Assembly (NCBI GenBank): GCA_963793265.1
Contig: CAWBZI010000001.1
Location: 512,001-576,000 of the forward strand
Direction: 5' to 3'
DNA length: 64,000 nt
Source of the DNA: an uncultured cyanobacterium
GTDB taxonomy: Bacteria > Cyanobacteriota > Cyanobacteriia > Phormidesmidales > Phormidesmidaceae
The position numbers and the translations under genes are program-made. The notes below the pieces were generated by a model. The model saw only the letters and a list, made by a program, of their open reading frames with translations. It was not told the origin of the DNA and did not search any database. Positions 1-9,812 of the stretch are shown here, one piece after another. Numbering within the stretch: the stretch's first letter is position 1; the number at the start of each line of letters is the position of its first letter.

Positions 1-15
1 GAGCTGTCTACTCAT
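1..15 (-). CDS. Probable Txe/YoeB-family toxin, 5' end only (runs off window)
   Basis: ATG at 15-13 (MSRQL...) overlaps the last codons of the antitoxin, the usual type II TA coupling; identity inferred from position only. Confidence 0.5.
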
Positions 16-265
16 TCAGTAGCGATCGCTCAGTCACCTGCCCTTTTCTATATTGCTCAATAGACCGCTTCAGGCTGGCCGAATTTGCTGGAGACTCTAA
101 CAAATAAACCGTTTCCATCAAACTATTAAAATAGTCCAAAGACATCACTACCGCGTCGTCACCAGCATCTCTGCGAGTGATGATGGTGTAGTCTGCATCG
201 TCGATAACGCGATCTAAAACGGCTTTGAGCTTATTTCTCGCTTCGCTGAAGGTAACTACTTTCAT
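8..265 (-). CDS. yefM: Type II TA antitoxin, Phd/YefM family
   Basis: MKVVTFSEARNKLKAVLDRV...IITRR...VVMSLDYFNSLMETVYLLESPAN matches the YefM pattern; ATG at 265 preferred over GTG at 274. Confidence 0.88.
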   Translation of the reverse strand: MKVVTFSEARNKLKAVLDRVIDDADYTIITRRDAGDDAVVMSLDYFNSLMETVYLLESPANSASLKRSIEQYRKGQVTERSLLNE

Positions 266-309
266 CGCCAGCACTTGACTTATATATTGTACAAGTCTAT
301 CACAGCAGA

Positions 310-780
310 TTAGTTGAGGTTGGCCTGTCTTGAAAGGTCGTCAGCTTCTGTAGCAGCCTTTGCGAGCTGTTGAGCCTCTGACAGACTAGCCTCTGCAAAC
401 TCGTCTAAGCTACCAGCCATTGTTTTCGCCACCTTTGTTAAGCGCTCAGCCTTTTTTAGCTTGTCATCAAAATCGTTTAAGGCCGAATCGGCTTCTGCAA
501 ACAGGTCTTTCAAGTCTCCAGGTGGATTATCAAGCCAGTCTTCGAATGCTCTCTCTGGCGCTAGCTTTGAATCTTTAAGATCATTCTTTTGAGATGACTT
601 TCCAGACGCCGCTTTCTCGGTTAAGTCTCCGGCTGATTTTAGGATAGCTAGTGCCTTCTCCCAAGACGCTGTGTACCGCATATCAAGAGGTTTGATATCT
701 GCGAATTTAGCTTTGAGCTGCCTTGTCGTAGTGACATCAGCTCTGACATAAGTCTTTTTCTTAAGCTCGGCTAGCTTCAT
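310..780 (-). CDS. Hypothetical protein, helical C-terminus
   Basis: 156-aa ORF starting 2 bp after the upstream ORF stop; no recognised family. Confidence 0.75.
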   Translation of the reverse strand: MKLAELKKKTYVRADVTTTRQLKAKFADIKPLDMRYTASWEKALAILKSAGDLTEKAASGKSSQKNDLKDSKLAPERAFEDWLDNPPGDLKDLFAEADSALNDFDDKLKKAERLTKVAKTMAGSLDEFAEASLSEAQQLAKAATEADDLSRQANLN

Positions 781-782
781 AT

Positions 783-1505
783 TCAGCTCGCCTTCAAATC
801 GCTGATCTGCTGAGCCATTTGCATTTTGTCTGAACGTAGCGTTTGGTTGAGCACTTTGAGCTGATCAATTTGCTCCTGCTGCTCGGCCAAAATGGCTCGG
901 GCCTCATCTCTTTGGGCTCTAGCTTCATCGCGTTCTTTACGGAATCGCTTAGTGTGGGCCACACGTCCGCCTAAGCTCTGATTGTTTTTGGCCAGCTCTT
1001 TGCGCCTTTTAGCAACCTGATCAAACTCTTTCTGTAGCTTCTCAAATTCTTCTAGCAGCTCTGCATAGGCTTTGCTTTGTTCTGAGTCTGCTTTAAGCGC
1101 TTCATTTTCTGTTTTCAGCGCAGTCACTTGAGACTGAAGCTGCTTCACTTCCTGATCTTTGCCAAAAAGCTTTTCTTGAAACAGCCGAATGACTCTGCGC
1201 AAGCGTGATCGCTCTTCATCCAGCGCTTGATAGTTCGTCTCTGCTGCCGCTATTTGATCCCTCAGCAGCCCAGCCCGCCGCTGAAGCACTTTAGCGGTGC
1301 ACTCATACTTGATAATAGCAACGGTTCTATTTTGCTCTAGCTTGGGTAGCGCCTGCACTTCCGGGCTTTGCCACAATCTATCGTAGTTAGTACACTCGTG
1401 CCTGAGCGTTTGAGTCGGCACGTGCTGCACCTCTGCCATCAGCGCCTCATTTTTAAACCGAACCTGATCGTGCCAATAGTCAAAAAGTGCTTTGTTAGAG
1501 GTCAT
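783..1505 (-). CDS. Hypothetical coiled-coil protein
   Basis: 240-aa ORF; E/K/Q/L-rich heptad pattern over the C-terminal two thirds; internal RDEARA duplication. Confidence 0.8.
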   Translation of the reverse strand: MTSNKALFDYWHDQVRFKNEALMAEVQHVPTQTLRHECTNYDRLWQSPEVQALPKLEQNRTVAIIKYECTAKVLQRRAGLLRDQIAAAETNYQALDEERSRLRRVIRLFQEKLFGKDQEVKQLQSQVTALKTENEALKADSEQSKAYAELLEEFEKLQKEFDQVAKRRKELAKNNQSLGGRVAHTKRFRKERDEARAQRDEARAILAEQQEQIDQLKVLNQTLRSDKMQMAQQISDLKAS

Positions 1506-1598
1506 TACCCAAACCGTGAAAACCTAGCAGAACCGCTGCTGTTACCTTCTAAATCTATACCAAGTTTTGTTGTACGAACCAGGAGAGTATTCACCCAC

Positions 1599-3764
1599 TT
1601 ATTCAGCAGTCACAAGCTGCTGAGCGATTAGGTCTTTCTCAATCGGCTGCGCAGCCCCTACCAGTGAAATCAGCGGCCCCATTTGCTCCTGCCCAGTCAA
1701 AGCTAGCTCACTATGACAGAGAAAAACCCGTTCTGTCGTACGGCCTAGCAAATCTCTGAGGGTACGCCCTAGCTGCGCTTCATTTTCGGCTTCGGTTTCT
1801 ACTAACGTGATCGGACGACCGGCCCAGTTTTGCCTAAAAATAGGTGCGCCAAACATTTCACCGCTGCTCATGCCCCAAAGCGGTGAGCCTGCATCTAGCC
1901 AAAACTGCCAGCGGTGATTGAGGCGTTGGGCGCGGTACTGGTAAATGGTGGAAAGCGTGACGCCCTGGCGTTCGAGGGCAAGCGGTTTGACGGGATAGGG
2001 ATTGGCTGAGACGGTGCCTTTGAGAAGTAGCTGAATAAAGCGGCCTACGTCGCCTGATGACTTATCAGGCCCCGGATCGGTGGGTTTGCCGTCTAGTAAG
2101 CGTAGTCGGTCTTCTACCTCCCAGAAGTGCTGGGCAGTTTCCATTAGCTCGCGCAGGGTAGAGAGCTGGTCGTAGGGCAAATGGTTGCCGCGCCACAAGA
2201 AGTCTTGAACGATGCGGTCTACTGAGACAACTGGGCTGGAGGTGAGGCGCTGCTGGCGGAGCTGTTTTTGAGCCTTTACCCACTGCAAGATTCGGTTGTA
2301 GGCGGTGACTGACTGATGGCCGAGTCTATCCCAGCGGGGGAAGGTGTCGGCGGGCAGCAGTCGCGGGTTTTCTACGTCTGGGATGAAGCAGTGGTCGGCA
2401 ATTAGCTCGGCGCGGACTGGATCGATAGAGACAAGATCGAACCAGGGGGCAGCGGTGGTGGCATCGGCGTAGCCGGTTTGAGTTGAGGCGGCCTGTGGAC
2501 TTATGGGCACCGCGTAGCCGGAGAGGCTTTGACTGAGGACGACGAGCATTTCAGCGATCGCATCTCGATCCACCAAACGCCCGAGCCCCGGATAAATTAG
2601 CGACAGCATGGTCAAAAGCGATCGCACCATCGGAGAACTAACCAGCGGCCTTTGATCGTTCAATGACTCAATGGCAATCCCACGGCTCGCCAAAATCTCA
2701 ATCAGGCTATAGCGCCCAATCGCATCTAATCCAGGGCCAATAACGGCGATTTCGCGAGGCGCTATCTGGTGAGTTTCAATCGCATTGGCGATCATCTCAG
2801 CCGTTGTCCGTAGCATGTGCCCGCGCGAGGTTTCTTGAATAAGGGCTACAGGCTCAGGCAAAACAGGAACGGCCAATGGATCTTCAACCCATTGAGCAAA
2901 GCGATCGCCCCACCGCCCTAAAGAATCTGTCAAAGGCGCTGAGAGATCTATCGATTGACAGCGAGCAGCCAATGAAAGCAAGGCATCTGGATCGGCCCCT
3001 AGCCCTAACCGCACTTTGCCTTGAGGGTTATAGGTAAATAAACAAGGCCGCTCAGCTTCTAGGAAAACGCTGAACAAAGCCGCTGTAATTGCCGGATACT
3101 CGTCTACGTCATCGGCTAGTACGCCGCTAAACCTGGAAAGCAACTGGGCCTGGTACCTTTCCATTGGCAGCAGATGCCGCCAGTACAGGGTGCTCATGAT
3201 GCCATAGGTCAACAGCCCTCTTTGCAGGCACCAATCTTGCCATTCAATCAGAGCTTCACCTGCCGTTTGCCACAGCGTTTTAGGCGCTAGGGCACTGGGC
3301 ATTCCGGCCTGTAAAATAGCGGGAATTTCTTCAATAGGGATACAGCCCTGAGCCGCTAACTGCAAAAAGTCGAGCGTCCGCCGAACCACGCGGGCTTCTC
3401 GCCAGCCTTCGACTTCTAGTGCTTTGCTGTCGAGCTTAGGTTGCCATAGCTGTGTGGCTAGCGCCTGTTCATTTTCGGGGCGCAGCTTTAAGGGAAACTG
3501 AGCTTTGAGGTCAAGGTGCTCAACGAGCAACGGCCAAAATAAAATGATTTCATCTTGGATGAAGCCTGCGGGGGTAGTGGTGAAGGTGGCGACGCGATCG
3601 CTCAGTTCCTCCACCAGTCGGCTCGCCAACATAATTCGATTGTCGCCATTGGCTGCAAAGGCCAAAAGGGGCTGACGCTGTTCGGCTCCTGTCTCTCGGG
3701 CAAAGTCAATGAGCGCGTTCGTTTTACCACTTCGGGTTGGGCCAGATATCCAACGTGCCGCCAT
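1599..3764 (-). CDS. UvrD/AddB-like SF1 P-loop protein, possibly degenerate
   Basis: N-terminal Walker A GPTRSGKT, LADDVDEY at the Walker B position, IAPREIAVI and VTLSTIYQYR resemble SF1 motifs. Confidence 0.6.
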   Translation of the reverse strand: MAARWISGPTRSGKTNALIDFARETGAEQRQPLLAFAANGDNRIMLASRLVEELSDRVATFTTTPAGFIQDEIILFWPLLVEHLDLKAQFPLKLRPENEQALATQLWQPKLDSKALEVEGWREARVVRRTLDFLQLAAQGCIPIEEIPAILQAGMPSALAPKTLWQTAGEALIEWQDWCLQRGLLTYGIMSTLYWRHLLPMERYQAQLLSRFSGVLADDVDEYPAITAALFSVFLEAERPCLFTYNPQGKVRLGLGADPDALLSLAARCQSIDLSAPLTDSLGRWGDRFAQWVEDPLAVPVLPEPVALIQETSRGHMLRTTAEMIANAIETHQIAPREIAVIGPGLDAIGRYSLIEILASRGIAIESLNDQRPLVSSPMVRSLLTMLSLIYPGLGRLVDRDAIAEMLVVLSQSLSGYAVPISPQAASTQTGYADATTAAPWFDLVSIDPVRAELIADHCFIPDVENPRLLPADTFPRWDRLGHQSVTAYNRILQWVKAQKQLRQQRLTSSPVVSVDRIVQDFLWRGNHLPYDQLSTLRELMETAQHFWEVEDRLRLLDGKPTDPGPDKSSGDVGRFIQLLLKGTVSANPYPVKPLALERQGVTLSTIYQYRAQRLNHRWQFWLDAGSPLWGMSSGEMFGAPIFRQNWAGRPITLVETEAENEAQLGRTLRDLLGRTTERVFLCHSELALTGQEQMGPLISLVGAAQPIEKDLIAQQLVTAE

Positions 3765-3847
3765 CTAAAATCAGCTCCTAACCCATCGCGATTACCTCGT
3801 ACAGATATACTATACCGCTCGCTTAAGCCGGACTATATTTCCATAAG

Positions 3848-3881
3848 AAAAGGCTTGCCCTGAAGTGTGGGCAAGCCTTTT
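3848..3881. terminator. Intrinsic terminator-like hairpin, likely for psb34
   Basis: Perfect 13-bp inverted repeat AAAAGGCTTGCCC / GGGCAAGCCTTTT with 8-nt loop. Confidence 0.75.
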
Positions 3882-3963
3882 GCGTAAAGAAGATGTTTCA
3901 AAAAATATAAGAGGAGAGTCTCTCTTTGAAAGCTTCCTTAACTCTGGAATATCAGGAAATAAC

Positions 3964-4134
3964 TTAAGAGACAGCAGCAGCTACTGCGAATAGAGCGACC
4001 ACCAGGCTAGCAGCAACGCTACCCAAGATGATGTAGTTACGCTTCTGTGTGCCAGTAGGGGGCTCAGCTTCGTACATCTTTGGCTCAACGGCAAAGTTGT
4101 TCATCAAGCCTGCTTCGTCTTCTGTGTAGCGCAT
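3964..4134 (-). CDS. psb34: Photosystem II assembly protein Psb34 (Ssl1498 family), 56 aa, absent from ORF track
   Basis: Hand translation MRYTEDEAGLMNNFAVEPKMYEAEPPTGTQKRNYIILGSVAASLVVALFAVAAAVS; NNFAxEPKMY motif plus one C-terminal TM helix. Confidence 0.9.
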   Translation of the reverse strand: MRYTEDEAGLMNNFAVEPKMYEAEPPTGTQKRNYIILGSVAASLVVALFAVAAAVS

Positions 4135-4282
4135 AGTGGTTATCTCTTGTTGTATTTATATTAAGTAATATAACAAACTAAGCGCCATTTTTCTACCACC
4201 AATGTCATAAATCTGTCATACGAGCGAGATTTATGAGTAAAAAGTAGTCTGCACGACGTTCTGAGGCGTGAGATTTAGAAAT

Positions 4283-6247
4283 TTAGCTGTTGATGGTGCC
4301 GGTTGTAGGGGAGCTAGCGATCGCGTAGCTTTTCACCGGAATCCGGCCTGACTGATAGGCAAGTCGCCCGGCCTGTGTTGCCATACCCATAGCTCGCCCC
4401 ATGGCAACTGGGTTTTTGGCTAGCGCGATCGCACTGTTCACCAGCAAAGCATCTGCCCCCATCTCCATTGCAAACGCAGCCTCACTCGGCGTCCCAATCC
4501 CAGCATCCACCACCACCGGAATCTTCGCGTTCTCGATAATTATTTCAATATTGGCCGCATTCCGAATGCCCTGACCCGAGCCAATGGGCGAACCCAAAGG
4601 CATCACAGTTGCACAGCCAACTTCTTCTAGCCGCTTAGCCAATAGCGGATCGGCATTGATATATGGCAGCACTGCAAACCCTTCTTTCACGAGCTGCTCA
4701 GCCGCCTTGAGCGTATCAATCGGGTCAGGCAGCAGGTACTTCGCGTCTGGAATAACTTCTAGCTTCACAAAATTGTTGTCTTCTTGCCCCAGCAGCTTAG
4801 CCATTTCGCGCCCTAGCCTGGCAACGCGAATGGCCTCTTCTGCGTCCTTACAGCCCGCCGTATTCGGCAACATCCATATCTTTGTCCAATCAATCGCCTC
4901 AGCCAAGCCTTCGTGCCCTGGCGCGTTGGTTTGCACTCGCCGCACCGCAACCGTGACAATTTCGCTGCCGCTGGCGGCAAAGCTCTGGCGCATTGTTTCT
5001 AAGCTGTTGAACTTGCCAGTGCCAGTCATTAGCCGCGACCGAAACGTTTTTCCGGCGATTGTTAGGGTGTCTTGATCGGGGATGGCCACTATTTCGGGCG
5101 CTACCTCGGGCGCAGCCGCTATCGGACGAGACGTATCAATCGTTTGCATAGAAACACCAGAAATAGGACTAGACAACTGAAATCTTTGGTAGCTGAAGGC
5201 GGGTAAGAGCGATCGCGCTTGCTCTGAAACACGACCCAAAATTTGCTCTGCGATCAGCTTTGCCGTCACGGGCGCGAGCAAAACACCGTTTCGATAGTGA
5301 CCTGTTGCCAGCGTCAGATTTTCACACGGCCCGGCCCCAAGTATTGGCATTTCATCGGGGGTCGCAGGCCGAAAGCCCCACCAGCATTCGTCAATAGGAA
5401 AGTCTTTGAGTACGGGGTATAGCGCGATCGCTTCACTCAGTAAAGCCGTCACCCCGGCTGGCGTATTGTGCGGCGCAAACCCCACGTCTTCTACAGTAGC
5501 GCCCAGTACAATTCTGCCATCGCGACGCGGCACGATATAGATACTGCGGCCATAGAGCACCCGCCGTAAGGGCTGAGTTTGACCATAGCCCAGGGGCACT
5601 CGCACCGACGCCATCTGCCCTTTACGTGGCGTAACTGGTACTGGCAAAATATCTTGCGACCAAGCGCCTGCTGCTGAGACATAATGCTCTGCCTGCATTT
5701 CGCCCGCTGACGTACGCAGGCCAACAACGCGCTGATTTTTTTGAATAAAGCCGTCTACGCTAACGCCACTTTTAATCTCTATTCCCGCATCCTGAACGGC
5801 TATCCTTAGCGCCTTCATCAGTGCGCGGTTGTCTACCTGGGCGTCTTCAGGATAAAAATTAGCGCCTGCAATATCGCTGCTCAGGCCCGTCTGGTAGCTG
5901 TGTGTGGCCTCAGCGCTAAGGCTAAGCGTATTGTGATCGGGGCGATCGCGCGTAAGCTGAGGGGCCAAAATGCCGCAGGGCCAATAGCCCGTATCCTGGC
6001 CGGTCAAATCTTCTAGCTTGCTAATCCAGTTTGGATACAGATCCAGGCTGCTGAAGCACAAATCAGCCATTGGGCCAGGTTCTATTTTTTCAGCGCTAGG
6101 TGCAAGCATCCCAGCGGCGGCGTGGCCTGCGGCTTCAGAAAAGTCTCGGGTTAGCACAGTGGCCTGAGTGCCCTGCTGGTGTAGTTCTAGGGCGATCGCT
6201 AGCCCGATAATGCCGCCACCTACAATTAATACGTCTGAGCGGCCCAT
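4283..6247 (-). CDS. thiG: Glycine oxidase ThiO - thiazole synthase ThiG fusion
   Basis: N-half [27 protein letters not shown] (ThiO); C-half [30 protein letters not shown] (ThiG). Confidence 0.95.
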   Translation of the reverse strand: MGRSDVLIVGGGIIGLAIALELHQQGTQATVLTRDFSEAAGHAAAGMLAPSAEKIEPGPMADLCFSSLDLYPNWISKLEDLTGQDTGYWPCGILAPQLTRDRPDHNTLSLSAEATHSYQTGLSSDIAGANFYPEDAQVDNRALMKALRIAVQDAGIEIKSGVSVDGFIQKNQRVVGLRTSAGEMQAEHYVSAAGAWSQDILPVPVTPRKGQMASVRVPLGYGQTQPLRRVLYGRSIYIVPRRDGRIVLGATVEDVGFAPHNTPAGVTALLSEAIALYPVLKDFPIDECWWGFRPATPDEMPILGAGPCENLTLATGHYRNGVLLAPVTAKLIAEQILGRVSEQARSLLPAFSYQRFQLSSPISGVSMQTIDTSRPIAAAPEVAPEIVAIPDQDTLTIAGKTFRSRLMTGTGKFNSLETMRQSFAASGSEIVTVAVRRVQTNAPGHEGLAEAIDWTKIWMLPNTAGCKDAEEAIRVARLGREMAKLLGQEDNNFVKLEVIPDAKYLLPDPIDTLKAAEQLVKEGFAVLPYINADPLLAKRLEEVGCATVMPLGSPIGSGQGIRNAANIEIIIENAKIPVVVDAGIGTPSEAAFAMEMGADALLVNSAIALAKNPVAMGRAMGMATQAGRLAYQSGRIPVKSYAIASSPTTGTINS

Positions 6248-6353
6248 AGTAGAAGTGTCGGTAAAGGCGTGAACACTCTTTATTGTACAGAGCGGCTTTT
6301 ACTCTGTGCTACTACTGAGCCTTCAAGCGTAATGATTTGACTATTATGACTGG

Positions 6354-6923
6354 CTACCAAAGTGCAGGTACGGCAGGTTGCGAAGAGGTAGCTGGCTCAG
6401 TGGTCGTCGTGTTAGGGGTCGTCGTATTTGTGCTAGACGAGGGTTGCTCAGGCGCACTCGGCTGATTAGGGACTCTGCTGTCTCCTGTGGATGCAACCGG
6501 TGCACCATCAGCATTTGGAATCACGTTAAAGGTTGTATCAGCAATAATGCTGTCTTCTTCTACGCGCTTTTGCCTCTGAATGTAGCTGCCTGCTTCATCT
6601 AGCGCTGGATAGGTCAGGTTTTGGCCTGCTGTGCTATCGGTGTTGCGATCGCCTGCATCATTAGCCAAGTTACGCTGATCAATTGCCCTGTCTATCTCTC
6701 TATCTGCCTGGTCTATTGTTTGGTCATCAAATACGCCATCAGACTGGCTATTGAAACGGTCGGCGTCACTTGCGGTATTGTTGCTACCTGCTGCAATTCG
6801 CTCTTCTGTGGTGTCTTGAGTCGAATTAGACAGCCAGTTATTTGCGCTACGTGCGCCAAACATAGCCAGCATACCAATGCCTAATATGATCCCGCCGAGG
6901 GCTTTTTTGCTAACGCCAAACAT
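6354..6923 (-). CDS. Hypothetical protein with N-terminal membrane anchor, acidic and Thr/Pro-rich
   Basis: 189-aa ORF; hydrophobic residues about 8-24; GAGG RBS-like sequence upstream. Confidence 0.75.
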   Translation of the reverse strand: MFGVSKKALGGIILGIGMLAMFGARSANNWLSNSTQDTTEERIAAGSNNTASDADRFNSQSDGVFDDQTIDQADREIDRAIDQRNLANDAGDRNTDSTAGQNLTYPALDEAGSYIQRQKRVEEDSIIADTTFNVIPNADGAPVASTGDSRVPNQPSAPEQPSSSTNTTTPNTTTTEPATSSQPAVPALW

Positions 6924-7059
6924 ACTTTCGTCCTCACATCACCTTGAATTTACTCGGATCAAAAATTGCTCAAACCAGAATTACGCAGCGGTAGATGCCT
7001 TTTTTACCTAGTACGATCAATTTAGCACCGCCTAGCGATCTGGATATGTCGCTAACGAG

Positions 7060-7410
7060 TTATTGTGCTCTCAAAGGTGCCCAGGCAACCTGATCTTCGT
7101 GGCCCCAGAACCCAGTGAATTTAGTGACCTCAATGTCTCCAAGTACTTTAGTTTGGCAAGCCAGGCGACGAGCTTTGCTAGGGTCGTGAGGTGGCAAAGC
7201 GCGGCGAGCTGCATCACGCCAGTTCACATCTGAAACCTCACCCTTAATGGCTACAGCGCAGGTTCCACAAGTGCCGAGTCCCATGCAGTTAACATAAAGG
7301 GCCCGAGGACTATACAAATCGACGCCGTTAGCTATGAGCGCCTTGCGGAGGTTCGCGCCGGGTTCGCACTCAAACGTTTTACCTTGGGCCGTAATAGTTG
7401 GCATATTCAT
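7060..7410 (-). CDS. 2Fe-2S ferredoxin-like protein
   Basis: CMGLGTCGTC...RLACQ cysteine pattern. Confidence 0.88.
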   Translation of the reverse strand: MNMPTITAQGKTFECEPGANLRKALIANGVDLYSPRALYVNCMGLGTCGTCAVAIKGEVSDVNWRDAARRALPPHDPSKARRLACQTKVLGDIEVTKFTGFWGHEDQVAWAPLRAQ

Positions 7411-7531
7411 AAAGAATCTTTGTTTAAAGACATTGTTAACGGCTCTCCTAAGCTTATTAGAATTTCATCAAGTGTCGTTACTCTAGGAAAGAAACTATCT
7501 TCTGGCTGCACCTTCTGGCTGCTGCGTCTCT

Positions 7532-8326
7532 ATGCAACTTTGGACTTGGAAAACCTGGGAAGACAAGCCTTTTTTAACCTGCGCTCTTTTGCCTCAGCCT
7601 CACGGTTTTTTTACGCGGCATTTCTATCCTTCTGAGCCCAGTCAAATCAGCCAAGCGCTCTCAGCCTCAGCTTCGGCGTACCGGTTAAAGCAAGTGCATA
7701 GTGCCGATGTGCTGACGCCAACGGAATTTGAGCGGGCGATCGCCTCAGGACTCCCTCAGCTCGAAGATGGCACGCAAGCGCTTTTTCCATTGGCCGATGG
7801 ACTGGTGAGCGATCGCGCTAATCAATCCATTTGGGCCTGCTCTGCCGACTGCACCCCCGCGCTCATTAGTGATATTGCCACCGGACAGTGCGCTGCTGTT
7901 CACGCAGGCTGGCGGGGTACGGCCCAAAAAATCTTGCCCGCAACGGTTTCCAGGTTGCAGGCGCAGGGTAGCCAGCTCAAAAATTTGCGGGTGGCGCTAG
8001 GCCCGGCTATCGACGGTAGCGTTTACCAAGTGCAGCACGACGTTGCCGCTGAAGTGGGCTTAAGTGTTGCCCCTACCTTGACGAGTGAAGATCTTATTGA
8101 GCACTTGCTAAACATAGAGAATCCGCCTCTACTTGGCGACCCTCAGCCTGAGAGAGTGCGCTTAGATGTAAGGCGGATCAATCAAATGCAGTTGGAGCAA
8201 ATGGGGTTGGATATAGAGCAGATTGCGATCGCGCCTCACTGCACCTATCAGGAGCCCGACAGCTTCTTTTCATACCGTAGGGCTAGAGAAAAGAAAGTGC
8301 AGTGGTCAGGTATCGTTAGCACCTGA
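7532..8326 (+). CDS. pgeF: YfiH/PgeF-family protein
   Basis: QVHS, ADC, HAGWRG, GPAI and FFSYRR motifs. Confidence 0.92.
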   Translation: MQLWTWKTWEDKPFLTCALLPQPHGFFTRHFYPSEPSQISQALSASASAYRLKQVHSADVLTPTEFERAIASGLPQLEDGTQALFPLADGLVSDRANQSIWACSADCTPALISDIATGQCAAVHAGWRGTAQKILPATVSRLQAQGSQLKNLRVALGPAIDGSVYQVQHDVAAEVGLSVAPTLTSEDLIEHLLNIENPPLLGDPQPERVRLDVRRINQMQLEQMGLDIEQIAIAPHCTYQEPDSFFSYRRAREKKVQWSGIVST

Positions 8327-8335
8327 ATTTCAGCC

Positions 8336-9208
8336 CTACGCTTTATCATCTGCTGGCGGCGGATTGCCGAAGACAGGCGTTAGAAAGGCGACAATCGCAC
8401 CAATCAAAAAGCCCGAGACGTTACGAATTACCGGCAATAGCTCAGGCGTACGAGTCACGACTGGCCCCAGACCAAAAGCAATAAACAAAATTCCCCACAG
8501 TGGCGAAAACAGTAGCGCCCACTGCCAGGCAATCCCTTGACCCTCTTTACGCGGTTGCGCAGCAAAGCCACAGATAACGCCGCCCAAGATAGAGGTAATC
8601 AGCGTTAAAATCCACTGCTCGCGAGGCAGGCCAGGAACCACCGCACAGCCGCCCCGATTTAGACAAACTTCCAGGGCGTCAATCGCTCCAAGCACCGCAC
8701 CATCTTCACCGTTATCACGCACATAGAACTGGTTACCAAAGCGCGTTTGTAGCTCAATCCAAAACGTTCTAGGCAGCAGTGGATACAGCTCATCACCCAC
8801 GCTGAAGTTAAGCAAATTACCGCCCCGAGGGTCGGCCACAAGCATAATGCTTTTTTTGTTAAGACCCCAGAAGTCTTTTACAGCACGGCCCGGCGTCTGG
8901 TCAAACTGCGTGAGGACTCTCAGCTTCCAGCCTGTATTTTCTTCAAATGTAGACAGGCTTTCGTTGAGATATTCTTCTTGAGCATCGTTTAAAATGCGAG
9001 CCAAATCGATCACGACAGTAGGCTCATCGGGCAATAGTTCAGGATTGTTAAAAGCCTGAGCCGGTAGCGCTGGCGACCATGCTAGCAGCATGGCGCAGCA
9101 GGCAATCACACACTTGATTGCGCACTTACTGACCCATGCTGACAGCAGCCTTTTTGATAGTTGATGTTGAGCAGCGTGCTCAAGCACGGTTTTGAAGCGC
9201 ATTTTCAT
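8336..9208 (-). CDS. TPM-domain exported/thylakoid membrane protein (start uncertain)
   Basis: Signal peptide ending AQA, then FNNPELLP..VIDLA..GWKLRVLT, three C-terminal TM helices. Confidence 0.8.
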   Translation of the reverse strand: MKMRFKTVLEHAAQHQLSKRLLSAWVSKCAIKCVIACCAMLLAWSPALPAQAFNNPELLPDEPTVVIDLARILNDAQEEYLNESLSTFEENTGWKLRVLTQFDQTPGRAVKDFWGLNKKSIMLVADPRGGNLLNFSVGDELYPLLPRTFWIELQTRFGNQFYVRDNGEDGAVLGAIDALEVCLNRGGCAVVPGLPREQWILTLITSILGGVICGFAAQPRKEGQGIAWQWALLFSPLWGILFIAFGLGPVVTRTPELLPVIRNVSGFLIGAIVAFLTPVFGNPPPADDKA

Positions 9209-9316
9209 TAGTACAAGCCGAAGGCAATGACGCCTCTTTACAGTTGTTTACCTAATTTTAAGATACTCGGAGCCGATACGAAAGCAATTGCTCTGACAAC
9301 AGACCTTAGGTAGACC

Positions 9317-9805
9317 TTATTTCTGGGATTTAGCGCTTTGTCCATCGCCTGATCTAGCAGCTTGTCTAGGCTCTGGCTTCAGCAGCGCTGAATTATGAGA
9401 AACGGGCGGACGACGAGTGGGCGGACGGCGACGACGACGGGCGGGGCCAACGAGTACACGCATAGCAGCCGTCGCGCCTGCAACTAGGCTACGGGTGGTG
9501 ACTTTGGCTTTTTGGGCCTGCACTTTAGCTTCTATCAGGCTCTGATCTACCTGCTGCACTACGCTACGAGCACTTTGCACGCTGCCGCTGACCTCATCGG
9601 TGAGAACGGAAAGCTCTTTGCCGGTAAGTCGTAAGTCTTGCAGCGTAGCTGGCAGTTCGCGGTTGAGGCTGTCAAGGAGCTTTTCAGCGCTCCTAGCAGC
9701 GCGGCCAAGTTCTTGTAAGGCCAAAATGGCAACGGTAAGGAGGGCCATTAGGCTAATGGCAACTAGCAGTAAAGAAATGCCGAGCCAAAAGAAAGGATTG
9801 TTCAC
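9317..9805 (-). CDS. DUF948/YtxG-like membrane protein
   Basis: N-terminal TM helix followed by amphipathic helix (ELPATLQDLRLT); adjacent to a YtxH gene. Confidence 0.7.
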   Translation of the reverse strand: MNNPFFWLGISLLLVAISLMALLTVAILALQELGRAARSAEKLLDSLNRELPATLQDLRLTGKELSVLTDEVSGSVQSARSVVQQVDQSLIEAKVQAQKAKVTTRSLVAGATAAMRVLVGPARRRRRPPTRRPPVSHNSALLKPEPRQAARSGDGQSAKSQK

Positions 9806-9812
9806 AGGTAGA

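Noticed and set aside
3869..3884. Partial resemblance of the hairpin arm (GGCAAGCC) to the predicted TnpB guide
   Set aside because: Only about 8 contiguous matches and the guide 5' seed does not match; expected by chance
4584..5075. 163-aa + strand ORF and the many similar antisense ORFs in the track
   Set aside because: They lie opposite well-supported genes and have no recognisable motifs; treated as shadow frames
6248..6353. TPP riboswitch upstream of thiOG
   Set aside because: The conserved CTGAGA and downstream aptamer elements are not visible in this short gap
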